From Amaricoccus sp. (GTDB lineage Bacteria; Pseudomonadota; Alphaproteobacteria; Rhodobacterales; Rhodobacteraceae), in the NCBI RefSeq assembly GCF_017995835.1, contig NZ_JAGOID010000048.1, forward strand, positions 1 to 23,783: a stretch of 23,783 nt of DNA. Reading direction: 5' to 3'. The translations under genes and the position numbers were made by a program. A model generated the notes under the pieces. The model had not been told where the DNA came from. It searched no databases and saw only the letters and a program-made list of their open reading frames with translations. The first letter of the stretch is position 1, and each line of letters starts with the position of its first letter. Positions 1-6,783 of this stretch are shown here, piece by piece.

Positions 1-60
1 GGCTTCGCTCTCTCGTAGCATCCCGATGATCTGCTCTTCGGTGAACCTGCTTCGCTTCAT
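1..60 (-). CDS. IS3-family transposase OrfA, N-terminal fragment (continues beyond the left edge)
   Basis: The reverse complement of 1-60 reads ATG AAG CGA AGC AGG TTC ACC GAA GAG CAG ATC ATC GGG ATG CTA CGA GAG AGC GAA GCC = MKRSRFTEEQIIGMLRESEA. This is the conserved N-terminus of IS3-family OrfA proteins. It is absent from the ORF track because it is partial. Confidence 0.8.
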   Translation of the reverse strand, partial: MKRSRFTEEQIIGMLRESEA

Positions 61-130
61 CTCCGGTCCCTCTCCTGGTGGTCCGGATTCCAGCAGCCCG
101 TGGAGGAGAAACAAGGGGTCACGTCAGTCA
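1..130 (-). mobile_element. Left end of an IS3-family insertion sequence (terminus plus start of orfA); the element extends leftward out of the window
   Basis: Read on the minus strand from 130, the sequence is TGAC TGACGTGACCCCTTGTTTCTCC... It starts with TG about 65-70 nt upstream of the orfA ATG (position 60), as expected for an IS3-family terminal repeat. I cannot resolve the exact end (126 vs 130) without the other end of the element. Confidence 0.6.
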
Positions 131-307
131 GTCCATCGTCGGAGTGTCGGAGTGACGAACTCGGCTGAAGCTCGCATTCTGGTCGTCCAGCGCGGAAGCG
201 CCCTCTCGGGAGTGTGCACGTTGTGATTGCCGAAAGAGCGAGGCCTTCTGGCCTGCCCTGACCCGCCGCGCCCAGCCCGCCATCTTTTAGGCAGATGACG
301 CCAGCTC

Positions 308-2239
308 TCAGGTGTTTGACCTTCCGCTTTGAAACATTGGTCCACCGCGGCGGCGGGGAAAACTGTAGCCATGGATCTCTACCAGGTCGATATCGGCCGG
401 CTGGGCCGCTATGCCCTCGGAGAGAATGGCAGCGCCTTCGGCGGCCATTTCGGCGACCAGATGCTCGGCGATATCGGAAGGCGTCTCACCTTGCGTCAGG
501 GCGGCGGCTAGGAGTTGCGCCACGACCGGTGAGGAACGCGGAGCACGGTCGCCCTGATCGTAGTCGTACCAACCGCCTCCGGTCTTTTGGCCCTTGCGAC
601 CAGCTTGGACGAGAATGTCGCCTAGAGTCTTCGGTACGTCCTCTCCACGCCCGCGGGCCCCTTCGCGCTGGAGAAACGCAATGTCGAGGCCGCCTAGGTC
701 TTGGGCCTCGAATGGACCCATGGCGAAGCCATAGGCGCGCATTGCGGCGTCGATCTCGGTGATGGGGACGCCCTTGCGGACGAGGTCTTCGGCGGCGGCT
801 CGGTAGCGCTTCAGGATACGGTTACCGATGAAGCCGTCGCAGATGCCGGCTTGAACCGGAATCTTGCGGAGCTTCGCGGCGAGAGCGAAGCCCGTTGCCA
901 GGGTCTCGGGGCTGGTGTCCGGAATGGGCACGATCTCGAGGAGCTTCATCACGTTGGCGGGGCTGAAGAAGTGAAGGCCGATGAAGCGGCCCGGGTTGGG
1001 AAGGCCCTCGGGGATCGCGCGGGGGTCGAGATAGGAGGTGTTGGTCGCGAGGATCGCGTCTGAGCGGCAGACGGTGGCGAGAGCGGCGAAGACGGTCCGC
1101 TTGACCGAGAGTTCCTCGAACACGGCCTCGATCACGAGGTCGGTGTCGGCCAGGGCGGCGTAGTCTGTCGTCCCCCCGAGGTCGGCCATCCGCACTTCCC
1201 GGTCCGCCTCGGTGAGCCGCCCGCGCTTCACCGCCCCTTCGAAGATCGCGGCGACGTTCGCAAGGCCGCGCGCCAGCGCCTCGGCGTCGCGCTCGACGAG
1301 CGTCACCGAAATGCCGCCGTCGCGCAGGGCGGCGGCAATGCCGGCACCCATGGTGCCGCCGCCGACGACCGCGGCGGTGCGGAGGGTTTTCGGCTCGACG
1401 CCCTTGACGGAGGCGGGACGCAGGGCGGCCCGCTCGGCGAAGAAGACGTGGCGGAGGGCGGCGGCCTCCGGGGAGGAGCGGAGGGCGAGGAAGGTCTCGC
1501 GCTCGAAGGACATCGCCTCGTCGAAGGAAGCTTCGGTCGCCTTGCGGAGGCAGGCGAGGACACGGAGGGGCGCGGCTTCGCCGCGCGCGGCTTTCTTCAC
1601 CGACGGGGCGGCCTCGTCCCAGAATCCGGTGTCGGCGGCAAGCGGCGGACGGTCGCGGAGGGGGGGCGGAAGGGGCGGCAGGGCGGCGGCGAAGGCGACG
1701 GCACCGGCGCGGAGGTCGCCGTCGACCACGCGGTCGATCAGACCGAGGGCAAGGGCTTTCGGCGCCTTCACTGGCTTGCCGGTGGTGGCGATCTCGACGG
1801 CGACGGCGGGGGGGACGAGCCGGGGAAGGCGGACCGTGCCGCCGGCGCCGGGGACGATGCCGAGTGTAACCTCGGGGAGCCCGACGGAGGCCGAGGCGTG
1901 GGCGACGCGGAAGCGGCAGGCCAGCGCCACCTCGAAGCCGCCGCCGAGGGCGGAGCCGTGGATGGCGGCGACCCAGGGTTTCCGGGCCGCCTCGATGCGG
2001 GCGACGAGGTCGGGGAGGTGCGGCGGCTGGGGCGGCTTGCCGAACTCGGTGACGTCGGCGCCGGCAATGAAGGTGCGCCCCGCGCAGAGGAGGACGACGG
2101 CGTCGACCGAGGGGTCGGCGTCGAGGTTCTCCGCCGCGTCCCAGAGCGACTGGCGGAGGGCTTGGGAGAGGGCGTTGACCGGCGGGTTGTCGACGGTGAC
2201 GACGGCGACGCGGCCTTCGCGGGCGATGGAAACGGGCAT
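308..2239 (-). CDS. Fused enoyl-CoA hydratase / 3-hydroxyacyl-CoA dehydrogenase (FadB/FadJ-like); probable PaaF+PaaH function; C-terminus appears truncated
   Basis: The N-terminal crotonase domain carries both catalytic Glu motifs (GGGFEVALAC, LPEVTLGIVPGAGGT). The central domain has the NAD-binding motif VVGGGTMGAGIA and the NTS...HFFSPA dehydrogenase motifs. ATG at 2239 lies 2 nt after the livF-type stop. The protein ends ...GYSFPRRRGGPMF-QSGRSNT*, whereas relatives as I recall them continue for about 50 aa after GGPMF. Confidence 0.9.
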   Translation of the reverse strand: MPVSIAREGRVAVVTVDNPPVNALSQALRQSLWDAAENLDADPSVDAVVLLCAGRTFIAGADVTEFGKPPQPPHLPDLVARIEAARKPWVAAIHGSALGGGFEVALACRFRVAHASASVGLPEVTLGIVPGAGGTVRLPRLVPPAVAVEIATTGKPVKAPKALALGLIDRVVDGDLRAGAVAFAAALPPLPPPLRDRPPLAADTGFWDEAAPSVKKAARGEAAPLRVLACLRKATEASFDEAMSFERETFLALRSSPEAAALRHVFFAERAALRPASVKGVEPKTLRTAAVVGGGTMGAGIAAALRDGGISVTLVERDAEALARGLANVAAIFEGAVKRGRLTEADREVRMADLGGTTDYAALADTDLVIEAVFEELSVKRTVFAALATVCRSDAILATNTSYLDPRAIPEGLPNPGRFIGLHFFSPANVMKLLEIVPIPDTSPETLATGFALAAKLRKIPVQAGICDGFIGNRILKRYRAAAEDLVRKGVPITEIDAAMRAYGFAMGPFEAQDLGGLDIAFLQREGARGRGEDVPKTLGDILVQAGRKGQKTGGGWYDYDQGDRAPRSSPVVAQLLAAALTQGETPSDIAEHLVAEMAAEGAAILSEGIAAQPADIDLVEIHGYSFPRRRGGPMFQSGRSNT

Positions 2240-2241
2240 AG

Positions 2242-2943
2242 TCAGATCCCCAGGTAGGCTTCGCGGATGCGCGGGTCGGCGATCAGTTCGGCCGCCGACC
2301 CCTCCATGGTGACGCGCCCGGTTTCGAGGACGTAGCCGCGGTCGGCGATCTTGAGCGCGCCGAAGGCGTTCTGCTCCACGAGGAGCACGGTGACGTCGAG
2401 GGCCCGCATGCTCTTCACCACGTCGAAGATCTGCTGGACGATGATCGGCGCAAGGCCCATCGACGGCTCGTCGAGAAGAAGGCAGGAGGGACGGCCCATC
2501 AGCGCGCGGGTGATCGCGAGCATCTGCTGCTGGCCGCCGGAGAGGCCGCCGGCGGCGAGGTTGCGCTTTTCCTTCAGGATCGGGAACATCGCGAAGGCGT
2601 TCGCCATGTCCTTCTCCACCCGGTCGTCGGTGAAGAGGAAGGCGCCGAGGCGCAGGTTCTCTTCCACCGTCAGGTTGGTGAAGATCTGCCTACCTTCCGG
2701 CGACTGGGCAAGGCCGTGGCCAAGGCGCTTGTAAGCGGGCACGGCGGTAAAGTTCTCGCCGCGGAAGGTGATCGAGCCGCCGGTAACCGGCTGGACGCCG
2801 GAGAGGCAGCGGAGCAGCGTGGTCTTGCCGGCGCCGTTGGCGCCGACGACGGTAACGATCTCGCCAGAGTTCACCGCGAGGTCGATGCCGTGCAGCACCT
2901 CGATGCGGCCGTAGCGGGAGCGCAGGCCCTCGACGTTAAGCAT
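2242..2943 (-). CDS. livF: Branched-chain-amino-acid-type ABC transporter ATP-binding protein (LivF type)
   Basis: Walker A GANGAGKTT, ABC signature LSGGQQQML, Walker B LLLDEPSMGL, and the typical LivF C-terminus REAYLG. The start overlaps the stop of the upstream ATPase gene by 8 nt. Confidence 0.9.
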   Translation of the reverse strand: MLNVEGLRSRYGRIEVLHGIDLAVNSGEIVTVVGANGAGKTTLLRCLSGVQPVTGGSITFRGENFTAVPAYKRLGHGLAQSPEGRQIFTNLTVEENLRLGAFLFTDDRVEKDMANAFAMFPILKEKRNLAAGGLSGGQQQMLAITRALMGRPSCLLLDEPSMGLAPIIVQQIFDVVKSMRALDVTVLLVEQNAFGALKIADRGYVLETGRVTMEGSAAELIADPRIREAYLGI

Positions 2944-3709
2944 GAGCGGCCTCCGTTCCGAGGTAAGCCTCGATGACCTTCGGGTCCCGGCTGACGACTG
3001 CGGGCTCGCCCTCGGCGATCTTCTCGCCGTGGTCGAGGACGACGATGTGGTTCGAGATGCGCATGACCATCTTCATGTCGTGTTCCACGAGCAGGATCGC
3101 GGTGCCAGAGGCGGCGACCTCGGCGATCAGGTGGTCGATTTCCTCGGTCTCGACCGCGTTGCAGCCGGCGGCGGGCTCGTCGAGGAGGAGGACGCGGGGC
3201 TTCAAGGCGAGGGCGCGGGCGATCTCCAGCCGCTTGAGGGCACCGTAGGAGAGCGAACTCGCCTCTTTCTCGGCCGCATTGCCGAGGCGGACGCGGTTGA
3301 GCAACGTCCGGGCCTCGGTTTCGGCGGCGCGGGCGCGGAATTTCATGGACGGGAGGTGGAGGAGGTCGGCGAGGAGAGAGCCCTTCTCCTGCAGATGGAA
3401 GCCGGCGATGGCGTTCTCGAGCACAGTCATGGTCTGGAAGATCTGCAGGTTCTGAAAGGTGCGGGAGAGGCCGCGCCGGGCGAGGAGAAAGGGATCGAGG
3501 CCGGTCACGTCCTGACCGTCGAGCTTCACCGTGCCGGACGACGGCTTGTAGACGCCGGAAATCATATTGAAGAGCGTGGTCTTGCCGGCGCCGTTCGGGC
3601 CGATCACCGAGACGATCTCGCCGGGGTTCACCCGGAAGCCGACGTCTTGAACGGCCTTGAGGCCGCCGAAGGTGATGCCGAGCCCGGAGACTTCGAGGAG
3701 CGTGGTCAT
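2936..3709 (-). CDS. livG: Branched-chain-amino-acid-type ABC transporter ATP-binding protein (LivG type)
   Basis: Walker A GPNGAGKTT, signature LSYGALKRLEIARAL, Walker B LLLDEPAAG. I trimmed the ORF-track start (3775) to the ATG at 3709 (MTTLLEVSGL...). That ATG forms an ATGA overlap with the permease stop at 3706-3708. The upstream extension lies inside the permease gene. Confidence 0.9.
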   Translation of the reverse strand: MTTLLEVSGLGITFGGLKAVQDVGFRVNPGEIVSVIGPNGAGKTTLFNMISGVYKPSSGTVKLDGQDVTGLDPFLLARRGLSRTFQNLQIFQTMTVLENAIAGFHLQEKGSLLADLLHLPSMKFRARAAETEARTLLNRVRLGNAAEKEASSLSYGALKRLEIARALALKPRVLLLDEPAAGCNAVETEEIDHLIAEVAASGTAILLVEHDMKMVMRISNHIVVLDHGEKIAEGEPAVVSRDPKVIEAYLGTEAAHA

Positions 3710-4656
3710 TTGTCCTTCCCTCTCAGTGCGCGCAGGATGCTCGGGAGCAGTCCTTCGCGCATGAAGATCATGCACAGCATCATCACGAGGCCGAGCAGGA
3801 TCTGCTCGTACTCCTGGAAGACGGTCAGCACCTGCGGCAGCGTGGTCAGAATCGCCGCGCCGAAGAAGGCGCCGAGCACCGAGCCAACGCCGCCGAGGAC
3901 CGCCATGGTCACCATCTCGATCGAGTGCATGAAGCCGGCGACTTCCGGGGTGATGAACTTGTTCTGGAGCGCTAGGAGCGAGCCGGCGATTGAGGCGTAG
4001 ACCGCCGAAATCACGAAGGCCTGGAGCTTGAGGCGCGCGACGTCAATGCCAACGGTGCGCGCGGCGATTTCCGAGCCGTGCAGCGCCCGGAGGGCGCGCC
4101 CGGTAGGGCTGTCGTAGAGGTTGAGCGCGATCCAGGCGCCGATAACGAGCGCCAGGCCGGAGAAGAAGTACCAGAACTGCGCGTTCGAAATGTCGATGCC
4201 GACGAACTCGAGCACGTCGTTAAGGCCGAGATCGGGCACCTCGATGCCGTCTGGACCGCGGGTTAGCCAGGCTTCGTTGGCGAGCACCATCGAGACGAGG
4301 ATGCCGAGGCCGAGGGTGGCGACGGCGAGGTAGTAGCCCTTGAGGCGGAGGATCGGGCGGCCGACCGCCCAGGCCAGCGCGCCGGAGATGGCAGCGCCGA
4401 GGATAGCGGCTAGGCCGGGGTGGAGCCCGAGATGGACCGGGGCAAGTGCGCAGGCGTAGCCGCCGATGCCCGCAAAGCCGGCGTGGCCGAGGCTGATCTG
4501 CCCGGCGTAGCCGATGAGGATGACCATGCCGGTCACGGCGAGGCCGTTGACGAAGATCAGCGAGCCGACGCGGTAGTAGAAGTTTGACGGGAAGAAGAAG
4601 GGCGAGGCGATCACGATGATCGCGAGGATTAGGAGCGTGACGCGTTTCGTGGTCAT
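3706..4656 (-). CDS. livM: Branched-chain-amino-acid-type ABC transporter permease (LivM type)
   Basis: Polytopic hydrophobic protein with LivM-like motifs (GQISLGHAGFAGIGGY). ATG at 4656 lies 2 nt after the livH-type stop. The alternative TTG at 4662 used by the ORF track cannot be excluded. Confidence 0.85.
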   Translation of the reverse strand: MTTKRVTLLILAIIVIASPFFFPSNFYYRVGSLIFVNGLAVTGMVILIGYAGQISLGHAGFAGIGGYACALAPVHLGLHPGLAAILGAAISGALAWAVGRPILRLKGYYLAVATLGLGILVSMVLANEAWLTRGPDGIEVPDLGLNDVLEFVGIDISNAQFWYFFSGLALVIGAWIALNLYDSPTGRALRALHGSEIAARTVGIDVARLKLQAFVISAVYASIAGSLLALQNKFITPEVAGFMHSIEMVTMAVLGGVGSVLGAFFGAAILTTLPQVLTVFQEYEQILLGLVMMLCMIFMREGLLPSILRALRGKDK

Positions 4657-4658
4657 GA

Positions 4659-5531
4659 TCAAACTCGGTCCGTCGACTTGCGGCCGAAGATGCCGCTCGG
4701 CATCACGAAGAGGACGATGAGGATCACTACGAAGGCAGCGGCGTCCTTGTAGACCGAGCTCAGGTAGCCGGCGGTCAACGCCTCAATTAAGCCAAGCAGG
4801 ATGCCGCCGACCAGCGCCCCGAGCGGCACGCCCATGCCCCCGAGCATCGCGGCGGCGAAGCCCTTGAGCGCGTAGGCGATGCCGACGCCGTAGCTGATGT
4901 TGGTGATTGGTGTGACAAGCACACCCGCTAGCGCCCCGATGGCCGCAGAGAGCGCGAAGGAGAGCGTCATTACCCAGTTGGTGTTGATGCCGACGAGCTG
5001 CGCCGCCAGGCGGTTGTTGGAGGTCGCGAGGACGGCGCGGCCCGTGAGCGTCTTGGTGAAGAAGGCCCAGAGGCCGACGAAGACCACGATAGCGCCGGCC
5101 AGAACCCAGAGGCTCTGGGGCAGGATGGTGGCGCCGAAGATGCTGATCGGGGTGTCGCCCGAGAAGGCCGGAAAGCGGTGGAGCTGCTTGTCAAAGACGA
5201 GCTGCGCCACGCCTTGGATGAAAATCGAGGCGCCGATGGTGATGATGATGAGCGACACCACCGGTGCGCCGCGGGCGGGCTCGATGGCGAGCTTGTTGAG
5301 GGCGACGCCCATGGCGGCGGTGCCGGCGATGGCGATCAGGGCCGCGAGGGGGATCGGCAGCCCCGCCATGTGGGCGAAGACCGTAATCATGCCCCCGAGC
5401 ATGACGAACTCGCCCTGGGCGAAGTTCACCACGTCCGACGCGTTGTAGATGATGGTGAAACCCAGGGCGACCAGCGCGTAGACCGCGCCGACGGTCACGC
5501 CGGACAGGAGGAATTGCATAAGTTCGGCCAT
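4659..5531 (-). CDS. livH: Branched-chain-amino-acid-type ABC transporter permease (LivH type)
   Basis: LivH-like N-terminus LLSGVTVGAVYALVALGFTIIYN, with multiple transmembrane segments. I preferred the ATG at 5531 (MAELMQF...), which has GGAG 10 nt upstream, over the TTG at 5552. Confidence 0.85.
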   Translation of the reverse strand: MAELMQFLLSGVTVGAVYALVALGFTIIYNASDVVNFAQGEFVMLGGMITVFAHMAGLPIPLAALIAIAGTAAMGVALNKLAIEPARGAPVVSLIIITIGASIFIQGVAQLVFDKQLHRFPAFSGDTPISIFGATILPQSLWVLAGAIVVFVGLWAFFTKTLTGRAVLATSNNRLAAQLVGINTNWVMTLSFALSAAIGALAGVLVTPITNISYGVGIAYALKGFAAAMLGGMGVPLGALVGGILLGLIEALTAGYLSSVYKDAAAFVVILIVLFVMPSGIFGRKSTDRV

Positions 5532-5607
5532 GGGCGTCGAGCTCCGGGGCAAAAGGGCGCGGGAGCAGGGCGGGCGGCGTTGCCCACCTTGCGAATGCGT
5601 CGTGCGG

Positions 5608-6744
5608 CTACGGGACGAGGGTCCATTCGCCGTTCTTGATCTCGAGCATCCGGAACGCCGAGAGGTCGAAGCCCAGGTGGTCCTCCGGTGTCATGGTGAC
5701 GACGCCGGTGGTGCCGGCGAGGCTCGAGGTCGCCTCGATGGCGTCGCGGATGTCGGAGGGCTTGGTGGAGCCGGCACGGGTCAGCGCGTCGACGAGGATG
5801 GCGAAGGCGTCGTGGGCATAGCCGCCGAAGGTCGAGGGCGCCTCGCCGTAGGCGGCGGTGTATTCGGTGACGTAGGCGTCAACGACCGGCTTCTGCGCGT
5901 CGTCGGCGGCGAGGAGGCTGCCGATGAGCAGCGCGGTGCCGGGCAGCCGGACGCCCTCGGCCGCCTCGGGGCCGGCGAGGTCGATGAAGCCCTTCGATGC
6001 GACGCCGTGGCTCTGGTAGAGCGGCAGGCCCACAGCGAGCTGCTGATAGTTGCGAGTGACGATCGACGGCCCCTGGCCAAAGCCCGGGTTCAGCACCGCC
6101 TCGATGCCGGCCGTGTTCTTGATATTAGTGAGCTGCGGCGTCATGTCGGCATCGGTCGGACCATAGCTCTCATCCGCCAGGACCTCGATCCCGTAGTCGC
6201 CGACCACCTCGAGGCACTGCTTGCGCATGGACGCCCCGAAGCCGTCGGTGCCGGAGATCATGCCGATCTTGGTGATGCCGCGCGCCTTCATGTCCTCGAA
6301 GAGCTTCTGGCAGGCCATGCGGTCGGTGTGCGGGGTCTTGAACACCCACTCCTTGACCGGGTCGATGATCTCGATGGCGCCGGCCAGCGAGATGAAGGGG
6401 ATTTCGGCGTCCTCGGCCACCGGGATGATCGACATCGAGGTGCCGGTGGTGGTGCCGCCGATGATCGCCACGACCTCGTCGTCCTCGACGAGGCGGGTAG
6501 CGAAGGTGCGCGCTTTGTTCGGGTCGCCGCCATCGTCGTAGAGCGTCAGCGCGATCTCCTCGCCGTTGATGCCGCCGGCGGCGTTGAGCTTCTCCACCAT
6601 CATCTTGAGGGTCTTGGCTTCCGGGTCGCCGAGGAAGGCGGCGGGTCCGGTTTCCGACACAGTGGCGCCGATCTTAATGTCGGCCTGTGCCGCGGTGGTG
6701 AGGCCGAGCGCGACGAAGCTAGCGAGAGCCGTCAAGGTTTTCAT
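5608..6744 (-). CDS. Periplasmic substrate-binding protein of the Leu/Ile/Val-binding (type I, Peripla_BP_6-like) family; probable aromatic-acid/phenylacetate binder
   Basis: Signal peptide MKTLTALASFVALGLTTAAQA followed by DIKIGATVSETGPAAFLG, typical of LivJ/K-family binding proteins. RBS GGGGAGGAA precedes the ATG at 6744. The ligand assignment is an inference from context only. Confidence 0.85.
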   Translation of the reverse strand: MKTLTALASFVALGLTTAAQADIKIGATVSETGPAAFLGDPEAKTLKMMVEKLNAAGGINGEEIALTLYDDGGDPNKARTFATRLVEDDEVVAIIGGTTTGTSMSIIPVAEDAEIPFISLAGAIEIIDPVKEWVFKTPHTDRMACQKLFEDMKARGITKIGMISGTDGFGASMRKQCLEVVGDYGIEVLADESYGPTDADMTPQLTNIKNTAGIEAVLNPGFGQGPSIVTRNYQQLAVGLPLYQSHGVASKGFIDLAGPEAAEGVRLPGTALLIGSLLAADDAQKPVVDAYVTEYTAAYGEAPSTFGGYAHDAFAILVDALTRAGSTKPSDIRDAIEATSSLAGTTGVVTMTPEDHLGFDLSAFRMLEIKNGEWTLVP

Positions 6745-6783
6745 GGGTTCCTCCCCTTGGATTTTTCAGGTGCTTGCTTGAGG

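Noticed and set aside
131-307. Search for a hidden gene or the missing C-terminal tail of the fusion enzyme in all six frames
   Set aside because: No frame gave a recognisable protein. The weak resemblance of RRVRAGQKASLF to the usual ...LAAEGKTF... tail is too poor to call a pseudogene remnant. The ORFs at 26-226 and 124-372 look spurious.
5532-5607. GC-rich stem (GGTGGGC-aacgcc-GCCCGCC on the minus strand) in the 76-nt gap after the binding-protein gene
   Set aside because: It is plausibly the common intercistronic hairpin that raises binding-protein mRNA stability in ABC operons. The stem is short and includes a wobble pair, no U-tract follows directly, and nothing distinguishes it from background GC-rich pairing.
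6353-6366. TTGACCGGGTCGAT, resembling the candidate operator half-sites
   Set aside because: It lies inside the binding-protein coding sequence (it encodes IDPVKE on the minus strand). It has different arm spacing and lacks the flanking ATT/AT, so it is most likely coincidental.
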